Shown here one piece after another: positions 37,902-48,736 of a stretch of DNA of 64,000 nt (positions within the stretch are counted from its first letter, which is position 1; every line of letters starts with the position of its first letter). Source of the stretch: Candidatus Poribacteria bacterium (lineage in GTDB: Bacteria > Poribacteria > WGA-4E > WGA-3G); assembly GCA_963667805.1 (NCBI GenBank), contig OY764016.1, positions 1,874,725 through 1,938,724 on the forward strand. The letters run 5' to 3'. Under the pieces are notes generated by a model. That model did no database searches and had not been told where the DNA came from. It saw nothing but the letters and a program-made list of their open reading frames with translations. Both the position numbers and the translations under genes were made by a program.

Positions 37902-39011
37902 GTGAAAAGACGAAAAATTCTCATCCTCTGTATCGACGCGGGTAGCCATGAGTATCTCGCAGCGAGCGACCTTCCCAACATCCGCCAGTTGGCAAAAAAC
38001 GGATTTTATGTCCATGCCAACGCCGTTATCCCTTCGGTCACGAACGTAAACAACGTCAGCATCGCAACCGGCTCCTTCCCAGAAACACACGGTATCACAA
38101 CGAATTACCATGTAGACAGGGCAACCGGCAAAGGGGAATTTATCGAGGACAACCGCTTCCTCCTCGCACCGACCCTCTTTGAGATTGCAAAAACCTGTAA
38201 ATTCGCAGACAAAACGGCACTCTTCGTAACAAAGAAAAAATTACTACGCATGCTCGAAGCAGGCACGGATATAGCCGTTGCTGCTGAAGCACCGCCCTCT
38301 GAATACATCCAAAAGGTCGGTCAGGTTGAACCGATCTATTCCGCTGAAATCAATTGGTGGTTGCTCCGTGCCGTGCATGCAGTCCTGCGGGCAGACGACC
38401 CAGAACTCGTCTATTGTTCAACAACGGATTGGGGGCAACACAAATATGCGCCCGATGACGACCTATCCCAACAACATCTTGCGGAATTGGATCGGATTAT
38501 CGGGAATATCATTGATGATGAACCGGAACGTGAAATCTATATTACAGCCGATCATGGGATGTTGGCAAAAACCACTGCTATTGATCCGGGACGCGTCCTA
38601 ACCGAACACGGTATCCCCGCAAGTTCTATCCCCATTATTAAGGATCGGTATGTTGCGCATCACGGTAATTTAGGCGGTGCCGCTTATGTGTTCCTCAAGG
38701 ATCGCGCCGATACAGGGCAAGCGATTCAGGTCCTTCTGAATGCGTCCGGTATTGAAGAGGTCTATTCTGCGGAAGATGCGGCACGCACATTTCGGCTCCA
38801 TCGTGAACGGATTGGGGACCTTTTCGTATTGGCAGACGAAGCGACTGTTTTCGGTGAATTGGAAACGGCAGTGGAACCGACCGCAGTGCGTTCACACGGG
38901 TCGCGCCACGAAAGTTACGTGCCCATCATTGGCTACAATAGCCCGTGGTCGGCAACAGATTTTGAATACAATGTCGATGTCGGAAGACTATTTCTACAGA
39001 GTTTGCGTTAG
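37902..39011 (+). CDS. alkaline-phosphatase-superfamily nucleotide pyrophosphatase/phosphodiesterase
   Basis: ILILCIDAGSHEYL and ATGSFPETHGITTNYHVD metal-ligand region typical of the type I phosphodiesterase / NPP family. GTG start. Confidence 0.7.
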   Translation: MKRRKILILCIDAGSHEYLAASDLPNIRQLAKNGFYVHANAVIPSVTNVNNVSIATGSFPETHGITTNYHVDRATGKGEFIEDNRFLLAPTLFEIAKTCKFADKTALFVTKKKLLRMLEAGTDIAVAAEAPPSEYIQKVGQVEPIYSAEINWWLLRAVHAVLRADDPELVYCSTTDWGQHKYAPDDDLSQQHLAELDRIIGNIIDDEPEREIYITADHGMLAKTTAIDPGRVLTEHGIPASSIPIIKDRYVAHHGNLGGAAYVFLKDRADTGQAIQVLLNASGIEEVYSAEDAARTFRLHRERIGDLFVLADEATVFGELETAVEPTAVRSHGSRHESYVPIIGYNSPWSATDFEYNVDVGRLFLQSLR

Positions 39012-39057
39012 GCAATTGTAGCGTAGACTGTTAGTCTGCGCCATAAAAGGAGAAACT

Positions 39058-39666
39058 ATGTCAACAGAAAAAGAGAAAACTGAAGGATGGATATCCCTGT
39101 TCGATGGGGAGACACTCAACGGTTGGGGCGCCACCGGAAATGCCGAAGGATGGGTTATTGATGATGGCAGTATTCTCTGCACGGTTCAGGGCGGAAAATA
39201 CCTCTATACCGAACAACACTACGACAACTTCATACTGGCACTCGACTTCAAAACTGAGCCGAAAGTCAATAGCGGAATTTTTGTCCGATGGGCAGATCTG
39301 GAGGACGCCGTTCAGAGCGGACTCGAAATCCAGATTTTAGATACACACGGCAAGGAACCCACCGATAGCCACGACTGTGGTGCGCTCTACGATGCCCTGG
39401 GACCCACCCGAAATACGTGTAAACCCGCTGGGGAGTGGAATCAGATGACGATCACATGCGATGGGAGCATCATTGCTGTGACACTCAACGGCGAAGAAAT
39501 CGTCCGCGCAGATTTGGATACGTGGGACACACCCCACCAAAACCCGGATGGCAGTCGGAACAAATTCGGCATTGCCCTCAAAGATTTCCCCCGAAATGGC
39601 CATATCGGTATCCAAGACCACGGCGGAAAAATCTGGTGCAGAAACATCAAAGTCAAATCGCTATAG
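39058..39666 (+). CDS. DUF1080 (3-keto-disaccharide hydrolase-like) domain protein
   Basis: 202 aa (WISLFDGETLNGW...GIQDHGGKIWCRNIKV) with an AAAAGGAGA RBS. Confidence 0.7.
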   Translation: MSTEKEKTEGWISLFDGETLNGWGATGNAEGWVIDDGSILCTVQGGKYLYTEQHYDNFILALDFKTEPKVNSGIFVRWADLEDAVQSGLEIQILDTHGKEPTDSHDCGALYDALGPTRNTCKPAGEWNQMTITCDGSIIAVTLNGEEIVRADLDTWDTPHQNPDGSRNKFGIALKDFPRNGHIGIQDHGGKIWCRNIKVKSL

Positions 39667-39746
39667 AGAGGGCTGTAGCCATTTCGTTCTTCTGTAGGTA
39701 GGAGAAACATCGAAGTGAAACACTTTGATTCCCCGATGTCACGGTA

Positions 39747-39777
39747 AGCGCGATCTTCCGATCGCGCTCTCCTTTTG
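39747..39777 (+). terminator. rho-independent terminator (AGCGCGATC-TTCC-GATCGCGCT + CTCCTTTT)
   Basis: Perfect 9-bp stem and T-run after the DUF1080 gene. Confidence 0.7.
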
Positions 39778-39957
39778 GGCAGAAAAGCAAATTGATGGCA
39801 AAAACCAGAGCCATTCAGTTTTCGGTTTCTGAGTGCCTTATCGAGAATAGATATGTGACTTTCGGCACAAATCGGGGTTACAAACCCCTCCCACAAGAGA
39901 AATTTGGGACAATTGAATGGCTCTGTGGCGAAAACTAAATTCTATGGACACCCCTAC

Positions 39958-39975
39958 AGAAGTTGTGATATACTA
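39958..39975 (+). promoter_or_regulatory. extended -10 promoter (TGaTATACT) immediately upstream of lepA; likely near-leaderless mRNA
   Basis: TG-N-TATACT element ends 8 nt before the lepA ATG, and no SD is present. Confidence 0.4.
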
Positions 39976-39983
39976 TCTACACT

Positions 39984-41789
39984 ATGCCAACACATCTTGA
40001 AAATATACGGAATTTCTGCATTTTAGGGCACATCGACCACGGAAAAAGCACCTTGAGCGATAGGCTTCTTGAGCATACGAACACGCTCACCGAGCGCGAT
40101 ATGCGCGAACAGGTGCTGGATTTGATGGATTTAGAGCGTGAACGCGGTATTACCATTAAAGCAACGGCTGTCAAACTCCATTACCCCGCCACTGACGGAA
40201 ATCGATACGAACTCAATCTGATCGACACCCCCGGACATGTCGATTTCACGTACGAGGTCTCCCGCAGCCTCGCGGCGTGCGAAGGTGCCATTCTCATCGT
40301 TGATGCCGCGCAAGGGGTTGAAGCACAAACCTTAGCAAACGCATATCTCGCGATTGACAACGATCTTGAGATTATCCCAGTCGTCAATAAAATCGATCTA
40401 CCCACCGCACAACCCGATGAAGCCAGACGGCAGATAGAAGAGGTTATCGGTATCCCTGCCGACGATGCGCTCCTCGTTAGCGCGAAAATGGGGATCGGTA
40501 TTCCCGCCATACTGGACGCAATTATCAACCGAATCCCCGCCCCCGTTGGCGAGCCTGAAGCCCCTTTAAAGGCACTCGTGCTCGACTCTGTCTATAATAA
40601 CTATCGCGGTGTCATCATGTACACACGAATCTTTGAGGGGAGTGTGAAACCGGGGGAAAAGATTCAACTCATGGAGACGAAACGCTCCTATGAGGTTGAG
40701 GAGGTCGGCATCTTCACACCAGAAATGCAACCGACTTCCGAACTCCGCACGGGTGCTGTCGGCTACCTCATCGCAGGCATCCGAGAGATCGACAAAGCAA
40801 AAATCGGGGATACAATTACACATCATACGAAACCGACAGCAACACCCCTTCCCGGTTATCGCGAGATGAAACCGCTTGTATTCAGCGGTCTCTATCCAGC
40901 AGACACAAACCAGTTTCATGCCCTGCGCGAGGCACTCGACAAACTACGCCTCAATGATTCCTCCTTCAATTTTGAACCTGAGACGTCCATTGCGCTCGGA
41001 TTCGGGTTTCGGTGCGGGTTTCTCGGTTTACTTCACATGGAGATTATCCATGAACGCCTTGAGCGGGAATTCGGACTCGCGCTTGTCCGAACTGCCCCGA
41101 GCGTGATGTATCGAGTCTACCTGAAAACCGGTGGATACGTACCGGTCGACAATCCAGCACACCTTCCAGAACCAAATGATATCGAACATATAGAAGAACC
41201 GTATGTCAATATTGACATTATCGTTCCGCGCGACTATATTGGAAACGCGATGGAACTTTGTCAGAAGCGTCGGGGTGTATATAAGCGGATGAACCAATTG
41301 GACGTAAGTCGCGTGCAACTGCTCTATGAACTTCCGCTCAGCGAAATGCTAACGGATTTCTATCCGAAACTCAAATCATTGACACGCGGGTACGGTTCGT
41401 TAGAATATGACATTGGGGACTACAAAACCGAAGAACTCGTTAAATTAGACGTGCTACTGAACGGTAATCCGGTAGACGCTCTCTCAACGATTTTACCACG
41501 AGACAACGCGGAAACGCGGGGCAAGGCATTAGTGTCCAAGTTGAAAGAACTCATTCCGCGTCAAATGTTTGAAGTCCCCGTTCAAGCCGCAATTGGTAAC
41601 AAGATTGTTGCCCGTGAAACAGTGCGAGCCCTCCGAAAAAACGTTACTGCGAAATGCTACGGCGGCGATGTGACGCGAAAACGGAAATTGTTAGAGAGGC
41701 AGAAAGAGGGCAAAAAGCGACTCAAACAGATCGGTAATGTCGATGTCCCACAAGAAGCTTTTACAGCGATGTTGGCAACTGATGAATAG
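39984..41789 (+). CDS. lepA: translation elongation factor 4 (LepA)
   Basis: [25 protein letters not shown]1 motif, DTPGH, NKID, and full-length 601 aa. Confidence 0.95.
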   Translation: MPTHLENIRNFCILGHIDHGKSTLSDRLLEHTNTLTERDMREQVLDLMDLERERGITIKATAVKLHYPATDGNRYELNLIDTPGHVDFTYEVSRSLAACEGAILIVDAAQGVEAQTLANAYLAIDNDLEIIPVVNKIDLPTAQPDEARRQIEEVIGIPADDALLVSAKMGIGIPAILDAIINRIPAPVGEPEAPLKALVLDSVYNNYRGVIMYTRIFEGSVKPGEKIQLMETKRSYEVEEVGIFTPEMQPTSELRTGAVGYLIAGIREIDKAKIGDTITHHTKPTATPLPGYREMKPLVFSGLYPADTNQFHALREALDKLRLNDSSFNFEPETSIALGFGFRCGFLGLLHMEIIHERLEREFGLALVRTAPSVMYRVYLKTGGYVPVDNPAHLPEPNDIEHIEEPYVNIDIIVPRDYIGNAMELCQKRRGVYKRMNQLDVSRVQLLYELPLSEMLTDFYPKLKSLTRGYGSLEYDIGDYKTEELVKLDVLLNGNPVDALSTILPRDNAETRGKALVSKLKELIPRQMFEVPVQAAIGNKIVARETVRALRKNVTAKCYGGDVTRKRKLLERQKEGKKRLKQIGNVDVPQEAFTAMLATDE

Positions 41790-41873
41790 GAAAAACAAAA
41801 CACACAATCGCGACCAGAGTAGCGACAAAGGAGAACGCTCTTTTCATTGAAGCTTCATAACATTATGAATAAC

Positions 41874-42641
41874 AACGATACGCAATTATCCAAATGGCAA
41901 AAATTTCGGAAAACAATTGTATGGGAATATACCCAAGTTATTGTTGTGGCACTCATTCTCGTTTTCGGATTTATACGCCCCTTTGTTGTTGAGGCATTCA
42001 AAATTCCTTCCGGTTCAATGGAGGATACGCTTCTTATCGGAGACCGGATTCTGGTATGTAAATTTATCTACGGCATTAAAATCCCCGGCACGGACATCAA
42101 GGTTCTCGATTTCCATAAACCTGCCCGAGGAGATGTTTTCGTTTTCATTCCACCCCACGATCGGGAACGAAATTTCATCAAGCGCATCGTAGCCGTTGAA
42201 GGGGATACTATTGAGACCCGCGGCGACACACTCTATGTAAACGGTGAAGCTGTCGACGATGGTTATTACACTAAGCACATGACCTTTAGCCATTTCAGAA
42301 GAGGTAATTTTCCACCCTTCCGTCAACCGGAGTATCTGCCAGAGAGCGATGGTTTTTCGGATTTCGCCCTAACGGCAAGTCAATTCAAACGTAAGTTCCC
42401 TGAAGGTAAACCGTTCACTGTCCCTAAAGGCATGGTGTTTGCTATGGGTGATAATCGCGATCAGAGCAGCGATAGCCGTTCCTGGGGACCCGTGGATGTA
42501 AACGACATCAAAGGGCAAGCCTTTATGGTGTACTGGTCATTTGACGCCCGTCCAGCGAAATTGTGGGAAGTGTGGAAAATGGTAGGGAATGTCCGTTTCA
42601 ATCGAATCGGCAAACTCATCCATGCCTACCCATCTTTTTAA
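41874..42641 (+). CDS. lepB: signal peptidase I
   Basis: Catalytic Ser region PSGSMEDTL, and the K-containing box plus GDNRDQSSDSRSWG. Start uncertain; the track ORF starts at TTG 41847. Confidence 0.85.
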   Translation, partial: NDTQLSKWQKFRKTIVWEYTQVIVVALILVFGFIRPFVVEAFKIPSGSMEDTLLIGDRILVCKFIYGIKIPGTDIKVLDFHKPARGDVFVFIPPHDRERNFIKRIVAVEGDTIETRGDTLYVNGEAVDDGYYTKHMTFSHFRRGNFPPFRQPEYLPESDGFSDFALTASQFKRKFPEGKPFTVPKGMVFAMGDNRDQSSDSRSWGPVDVNDIKGQAFMVYWSFDARPAKLWEVWKMVGNVRFNRIGKLIHAYPSF

Positions 42642-42776
42642 TGATTGCTTCTGAGCTGCTGCGGACGTTGTCCTTGCAGATTCTGAATCGTTAAAAAGCC
42701 TTTGATAACTTGGAAATGGTTGGCATTAACCAAAAATCACCGTGAAACGAAGTGGAACGATTTAACAGTTTAAAAA

Positions 42777-44717
42777 ATGCATCAAGACAGACGACACCTC
42801 ATCATTGGCACAGCAGGACACGTTGACCATGGAAAAACCGCGCTCGTCGGGGCACTTACCGGTATGGAAACCGATCGGCTCAAGGAAGAGCAAGAACGTG
42901 GTTTGTCTATTGAGTTAGGGTTTGCCTATTTTGACCTCTCGGACGACTCGCGGGCAGGTATCGTTGACGTTCCAGGTCATGAAAAATTCATCCGAAGCAT
43001 GCTCTCCGGGGCTTACGGTATGGATATCGTCCTCTTCGTCGTTGACGCGAAAGAAGGCGTTCAGGAACAGACCCTCGAACATCTGGCAATCTTAGATCTG
43101 CTCGGCATCTCAAACGGTATCCTCGTCATGACGAAATCCGACTTGGCGACTGCTGATGAATTGGCAGAAGCAACCGAAATGACGCAGGAGATGCTCATCG
43201 GGACAAGCCTTGAAGCCATCCCAACTGTGAGTGTTTCCGCATTAACCGGCGCAGGTATTGAAACACTAAAAGAGACCATCGTCAAACAGGTAGCACTCGC
43301 GACGGAAACCGAAGAAAACGATGGTATCCCGAGATTATACGTTGACAGGGTTTTCACCGTTCAAGGGTTCGGCGTTGTTGTGACAGGCACGCTCATCGGT
43401 GGATCGATCCAGCGAGACCAGCGGATGGTGATTCTTCCACAGGGGCATACTGTGCGGATCCGAGGGATACAGGTCCATAATGAAACTGCACCCGTAGCGC
43501 AAGCCGGACAGCGGACAGCAGTGAACCTTTCCGGCGTCTCTGCCCAGGACCTCCAACGCGGCGATGTCCTTTGCCCAATTGATTTCTCACAAGTGACGGA
43601 CAATATTGACGTGTCGATGCAAGTGCTGTCCTCATTTCCAAGGATACTTGAACATTGGACGCGTCTCCGGGCGTATCTCGGCACTCGCGAAATATTTTGC
43701 AGATTAATCCTACTCGTGGACGATGCCATTTTGCCGGGGGATACCATTCAGGTTCAACTCCGCTTAGAACAACCCATCCTAACGTTCAGAGGCGACAGAA
43801 TTATTTTACGCGATTTTTCAGCGCAATATACAGTCGGGGGTGGTGAAGTTATTAACCCATTTGCCCCAAAGCATAAGCGGTTCACCCCTGAAACCATCGC
43901 TACTTTAGCACAATGGGAAGAAGCCGATGATGCCCAGGTCGTGAACACTGTCTTAGAAAATAGCGAGTCACTCTGCGTGCCAGAGTCCTTCCTGCATTAC
44001 TATTTACCACAGTCACAGACGAACGTGAATGCGATCTTAACCGGCTTGGAAGCAGACGGGAAAATTGTGCGCTGGGATAAATCGGGCAGGTCGCCGCTCG
44101 TTTCTGATGCTGTTCGGACGGCAAATATCAAAGAGAAAATTATAGAAACGTTGACAGCATTCCATTCGGCAGAACCCCTCCTTGCCGGTCAAAATGCTTC
44201 ACAACTGCGTCGAGAACTCAAATTGGACGAAATCGGCTTTGAGAAACTCGAAAACCAACTCATTACCGAGGGGCAACTCGCCAAAGACGGCAATCTTCTC
44301 CGATTGGCATCTCACGAAATCCAGTTTTCCGAAGAGGAAGAAACCGCGAAGGAGAGACTCGAAAAACTATTCTTGGAAGCAGGTATGAATACACCCACTT
44401 TCAACGAACTCAGCACGCACCTTCCAGACTATACACCGCAGTTACTGGAATCCACGTTTTTCGCACTTCTGAACTTAGGGCAGTTTGTCAAAATAGCGGA
44501 TAACTTCTTTATCCACAAAACCGTTTTTGAGGAGATACAGGAATTATTAACCACTTACCTTCGCAAAAATGATACAATAACCGTTGCCGAATTTCGAGAA
44601 ATGGCACAAACTTCTCGAAAATATGCGGTGCCGTTTTTGGAATACTGCGATAGCCGGAACCTCACGATCCGAGACGGGAATATCCGTAAGTTGCATCCGC
44701 GGCACTTGCAGGCATAG
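42777..44717 (+). CDS. selB: selenocysteine-specific translation elongation factor SelB
   Basis: [22 protein letters not shown]-domain. 646 aa with C-terminal winged-helix region. Immediately followed by tRNA-Sec. Confidence 0.9.
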   Translation: MHQDRRHLIIGTAGHVDHGKTALVGALTGMETDRLKEEQERGLSIELGFAYFDLSDDSRAGIVDVPGHEKFIRSMLSGAYGMDIVLFVVDAKEGVQEQTLEHLAILDLLGISNGILVMTKSDLATADELAEATEMTQEMLIGTSLEAIPTVSVSALTGAGIETLKETIVKQVALATETEENDGIPRLYVDRVFTVQGFGVVVTGTLIGGSIQRDQRMVILPQGHTVRIRGIQVHNETAPVAQAGQRTAVNLSGVSAQDLQRGDVLCPIDFSQVTDNIDVSMQVLSSFPRILEHWTRLRAYLGTREIFCRLILLVDDAILPGDTIQVQLRLEQPILTFRGDRIILRDFSAQYTVGGGEVINPFAPKHKRFTPETIATLAQWEEADDAQVVNTVLENSESLCVPESFLHYYLPQSQTNVNAILTGLEADGKIVRWDKSGRSPLVSDAVRTANIKEKIIETLTAFHSAEPLLAGQNASQLRRELKLDEIGFEKLENQLITEGQLAKDGNLLRLASHEIQFSEEEETAKERLEKLFLEAGMNTPTFNELSTHLPDYTPQLLESTFFALLNLGQFVKIADNFFIHKTVFEEIQELLTTYLRKNDTITVAEFREMAQTSRKYAVPFLEYCDSRNLTIRDGNIRKLHPRHLQA

Positions 44718-44734
44718 TTTGCAGTGTCCATGAT

Positions 44735-44828
44735 GGGGGAGGATAGGGTCCGGTGGCCCTACCGGTCTTCAAAACCGGCTTGTCCATGCAAGTGGATAGG
44801 TGGGTTCGACTCCCACCCTCTCCCGCCA
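44735..44828 (+). tRNA. selC: tRNA-Sec (anticodon TCA), 94 nt with 8-bp acceptor stem and long variable arm; CCA encoded
   Basis: GGGGGAGG...CCTCTCCC acceptor. Anticodon loop CTTCAAA. Extra arm CTTGTCCATGCAAGTGGATAGG. T-arm GGGTTCGACTCCC. Terminal GCCA. Confidence 0.85.
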
Positions 44829-44849
44829 TTAGCTTAGAAGTAGACGGCA

Positions 44850-44880
44850 GCCATGCAACAACGGCGCATGGCAGATTTTT
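44850..44880 (+). terminator. rho-independent terminator after selC (GCCATGC-AACAACGGC-GCATGGC + AGATTTTT)
   Basis: 7-bp perfect stem with T-run. Confidence 0.7.
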
Positions 44881-44924
44881 GAAAGGTTCGTGCCTGACAG
44901 CTCCCGTTAGGGGTAAATTGAAAG

Positions 44925-45818
44925 ATGTTAAAAACGCTTCCATTAGTTGAACAAAGAACACCCCAAAGACGGCATCCGTCCTGGATTAAAGCTCGGATGC
45001 CGAGTGGCGGTAACTACGCTGAACTCAAGAAATTGATGCGGGATCTGCAACTTCACACAGTCTGCGAAGAGGCACGCTGTCCCAACATCGGTGAGTGTTG
45101 GAACAGCCGGACCGCTACCTTTATGATACTCGGTGATGTCTGCACGCGCCGCTGCATGTTCTGTGCGGTGAAAAAAGGCACGCCCGGTGGGATCGTTGAT
45201 GCCGATGAACCGCGCAGACTCGGTGCAGCCGTCGGTCACTTAAAACTCAAGCACGTGGTTATCACCTCAGTCAATCGGGACGACCTTGTGGACGGAGGTG
45301 CGAGTATTTTCGCCGCATGCATCGCCGAAGCCCGAAAACATCGTCCGGGATGCACCGTGGAAGTTCTCATCCCCGACCTCGAAGGCAATTGGGAGGCCCT
45401 CGCTGTCATTGTGCAAGCACGACCGGAAGTGCTCAATCATAACACCGAAACGGTTCCACGTCTTTATCGCCGCGTCCGTCCGTATGCGAATTATCAACAA
45501 ACCCTGAACCTGCTCCGCACCAGCAAACAACTGGATGCACAGATGCTCACAAAGTCGGGACTTATGGTCGGCTTAGGTGAGACTGTGACAGAACTCTTAG
45601 AGACAATGGAAGACCTCCGCAACACCGAATGTGATATTCTCACTGTGGGTCAATACCTCTCCCCTTCCCCGCGTCATTTGCCCATTCAACGCTATTATAC
45701 CCCTGAAGAATTTGAAGAGATCAAAGAAGCAGGCATCGAAATGGGGTTTCGACATGTAGAGTCGGGACCCTTAGTGCGGAGCTCCTACCATGCCGGTGAA
45801 CAAGCAAAGTTAGCATAA
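44925..45818 (+). CDS. lipA: lipoyl synthase
   Basis: CEEARCPNIGEC and radical-SAM CTRRCMFC cysteine clusters; 297 aa. Confidence 0.9.
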   Translation: MLKTLPLVEQRTPQRRHPSWIKARMPSGGNYAELKKLMRDLQLHTVCEEARCPNIGECWNSRTATFMILGDVCTRRCMFCAVKKGTPGGIVDADEPRRLGAAVGHLKLKHVVITSVNRDDLVDGGASIFAACIAEARKHRPGCTVEVLIPDLEGNWEALAVIVQARPEVLNHNTETVPRLYRRVRPYANYQQTLNLLRTSKQLDAQMLTKSGLMVGLGETVTELLETMEDLRNTECDILTVGQYLSPSPRHLPIQRYYTPEEFEEIKEAGIEMGFRHVESGPLVRSSYHAGEQAKLA

Positions 45819-46044
45819 AACTAACCCTCATTATAGCATTTAACACCGGTCCCATCTTCAATCGCGCCCTCTACATATTTCCGAGAAATTTTCAGACTTT
45901 ACATTAAATCCGATTTTTGATATACTAATGCCTGAAGCACACATTTTTGCAGCACTGCAAAATACCTCGCGTTTCCTTCATGACACGGTTTCTAAAGAAG
46001 TAAGAAGTTGGGATTGTCTCACCATCAGCACAAGGAGGGGGAAC

Positions 46045-47772
46045 ATGAACAGACATATTTTCTCTGAAGCATCAAACTGTTGTTCACACATAAAACGCGT
46101 AAGTTTCATTATCTTCGTCGTAAGTTTAGTATTTGCTGCGACACCGAGTCTCATCACAGCTGGAACCACACCGGATATCCAACCCGTCACGAACGAGATG
46201 TTACTCTCATCACAAGACGACCCTGAAAGCTGGCTGATGTATGGACGGGACTACAGAAGCTGGCGATATAGTCAACTCACACAGGTTAACACTGAAAACG
46301 TCAAAAAACTCGTCCCGAAATGGGCATTTCAAATTGGAACGCCCTTCGATAAGTTTGAATGCACGCCACTTGTCGTCAATGGTGTGATGTTCATCACCAC
46401 TCCCTACAGCACTATCTACGCTGTGGACGCAAGAACCGGCAAGGAAATATGGCGGTATGATTATGAACTCCCTGACGATTTAGCGATCTGCTGCGGTATG
46501 GTGAACCGTGGTGCTGCTATCTTGGGCGATAAAATCTTTTGGGTAACGCTTGACGCACACCTCCTCGCCCTCGATGCGAAGACCGGCAGGGTCCTCTGGG
46601 ACAGAGTGGTCGGAGATCTGACGAACGCTGAATCCCTCACTGTCGCCCCGTTAGTCGTCAAAGACAAAGTGATCGTCGGCATATCAGGCGCAGAATACGG
46701 CATCCGAGGCTATATCGATGCGTATTACGCCGAAACAGGTGAACAGGCATGGCGATTTTACACCGTCCCGTCAAAAGATGAACCCGGCGGCGACACATGG
46801 GAAGGCGATTCATGGATGACAGGTGGCGGATCCGCTTGGGTCACAGGTTCCTACGACCCGGAATTGAATCTCGTCTACTGGGGAACGGGTAACCCGGCAC
46901 CAGACTGGAACGGTGCTGTCCGGAGAGGCGACAACCTCTATACCGACTGTATCGTTGCGTTGGATGCCGATACCGGAAAACTCAAATGGTATTTTCAAGC
47001 CACACCCCACGATCTATGGGATTGGGATGGCGTGAGTGAACCCGTCCTGATCGATATGGAGATAGATGGCGCACCGGTCAAAGCGTTGATGCAAGCGAAT
47101 CGCAACGGCTATTTCTATGTGCTTGATAGAACCAACGGAAAATTTCTATACGCAAGCACTTACTGTGAACAGAACTGGTCGGCTGGACTCGATGAAAACG
47201 GACGTCCTACCGTCCTACCCGGCGTGTCCACCTCAGAAGAAGGCACGATTCGCGTCTGTCCCGGCGTTGAAGGCGGCAAGAACTGGCCCCCTTCAGCCTA
47301 TAACCCGCTCACAAATTACCTCTATATCCCATCGTTGGAACTCTGCGGCTCCTATCATCAAGGGCGCGTTTTCTATGTGAAAGGGCTACCCTACCTCGGA
47401 AGTGGTATGACAGCAGACAGGGACGAAGCTGGCAACATGGAGATGTGGGGACATATCAGTGCAATCGATGTTTCTACAGGTGAGATTAAATGGCGCCACA
47501 AAACGAACTTCCCACAATGGGGTGGATGCCTCACAACGGCAGGAGGTCTCGTTTTTGCGGGGGATTTAGAGGGCAGATTCATGGCACTCTCGGCAGAAAC
47601 CGGCGAAGTGCTTTGGGATTTTCAGACTGGATCCGGGGTTCTCGCACCCCCCATTACCTATCGACTCGACGGTGTCCAATATGTTGTGATAGCGTCAGGT
47701 GCTGTGAAATATGCTGAAGTCAACGCTCGCGAAGGCGGAACCCTTTTTGTGTTCGCGCTCTTTGATGAATAG
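46045..47772 (+). CDS. PQQ-dependent alcohol/methanol dehydrogenase, XoxF/ExaF-like (signal peptide; vicinal CC; DWD motif)
   Basis: AGGAGG RBS at the MNRHIF start. Signal peptide. Eight-bladed PQQ propeller W-motifs. Vicinal disulfide AICCG. Asp-x-Asp (WDWDG) at the position recalled as lanthanide-type. Confidence 0.85.
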   Translation: MNRHIFSEASNCCSHIKRVSFIIFVVSLVFAATPSLITAGTTPDIQPVTNEMLLSSQDDPESWLMYGRDYRSWRYSQLTQVNTENVKKLVPKWAFQIGTPFDKFECTPLVVNGVMFITTPYSTIYAVDARTGKEIWRYDYELPDDLAICCGMVNRGAAILGDKIFWVTLDAHLLALDAKTGRVLWDRVVGDLTNAESLTVAPLVVKDKVIVGISGAEYGIRGYIDAYYAETGEQAWRFYTVPSKDEPGGDTWEGDSWMTGGGSAWVTGSYDPELNLVYWGTGNPAPDWNGAVRRGDNLYTDCIVALDADTGKLKWYFQATPHDLWDWDGVSEPVLIDMEIDGAPVKALMQANRNGYFYVLDRTNGKFLYASTYCEQNWSAGLDENGRPTVLPGVSTSEEGTIRVCPGVEGGKNWPPSAYNPLTNYLYIPSLELCGSYHQGRVFYVKGLPYLGSGMTADRDEAGNMEMWGHISAIDVSTGEIKWRHKTNFPQWGGCLTTAGGLVFAGDLEGRFMALSAETGEVLWDFQTGSGVLAPPITYRLDGVQYVVIASGAVKYAEVNAREGGTLFVFALFDE

Positions 47773-47864
47773 TTTTCAGTTATCGGTTGTCGGTTATCAG
47801 TTAAGAGACGCTTCGGTTGATTCAGAAATCTCTTTAACCGAAAACCAATAGATAGGAGGGTACC

Positions 47865-48734
47865 GTGAAACACTATATTCTCTTGTGGGCAGCACTTTTC
47901 ATACTGTCTGCTCCGATGTTGCACACTGCAGACGCTGTCGATGCCTTGGAAGAAATTCGAGCAAAGGGTGTCTTAACGGTCTGTATGGACATCCGAAATC
48001 TGCCTTACTCCAACGTTGATCCCGAACTTCCTGGATTATATGTTGAGATCGCTCATCTACTGGCAGCGGAACTCGGTGTTAAGTTGGAATTCCACTGGCT
48101 TAGCACCCTCCGTGATAGTCTGCTGGCTGACATGATACGCGGACATTGCGACTGTGTGATCGGAGTTCCCATTGAGGAGCGCGCCATGGCTGAAGCGATT
48201 CAATTGGGGGAAAACGTTGATTTCTCTACGCCCTTCTACGGGACGGGATACGTATTGGTAAAACAGAAAAGTAATCAAGCGTCACCGAAAACGCTGGAGG
48301 ACATTAAGTTAGAAACGATTGGGACAGAAGCGGGTTCCATCGCAAGCGATGTCCTTCGACAGACGGGATATAAGCGTCGCGTTTATCGCTCACAAATTGC
48401 CGTCTTGGACGCTCTCAAGAAAGGGCAAATTGCTTACGGATATGTCTGGTCAAATATTGGGTGGTTGATTGAAAAGGGTTCCCGAATTCAGCAGCCAGAA
48501 CACACGGATACTGTTTATCCTGAATTAGAGATTGTTAAAGAATACACCCCTGAAGCGCGTCTCCGTTGGAATATCGCTATTGCTTTTGGCAAAGATACAT
48601 CAACACGAGAAACACGTGAACTTCAAGATGTTGTTAACACAATTATCGAACAGAAATGGAGTGAAGAAAAACTCAGAGAACTCTCTGAAAAGTATTATTT
48701 GCCTTACTTCGCTCCGTTTCAGGAGGATGAATAG
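47865..48734 (+). CDS. quinoprotein-dehydrogenase-associated periplasmic binding protein (MxaJ/XoxJ-like, SBP family 3)
   Basis: GTG start with AGGAGGG RBS. Signal peptide. Family-3 solute-binding fold. Lies between the PQQ dehydrogenase and the cytochrome c. Confidence 0.65.
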   Translation: MKHYILLWAALFILSAPMLHTADAVDALEEIRAKGVLTVCMDIRNLPYSNVDPELPGLYVEIAHLLAAELGVKLEFHWLSTLRDSLLADMIRGHCDCVIGVPIEERAMAEAIQLGENVDFSTPFYGTGYVLVKQKSNQASPKTLEDIKLETIGTEAGSIASDVLRQTGYKRRVYRSQIAVLDALKKGQIAYGYVWSNIGWLIEKGSRIQQPEHTDTVYPELEIVKEYTPEARLRWNIAIAFGKDTSTRETRELQDVVNTIIEQKWSEEKLRELSEKYYLPYFAPFQEDE

Positions 48735-48736
48735 AA

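Noticed and set aside
44753-44961. ORFs 44753-44950 (+) and 44662-44961 (-) across the selC region
   Set aside because: They overlap the tRNA-Sec gene and its terminator, so they are not coding.
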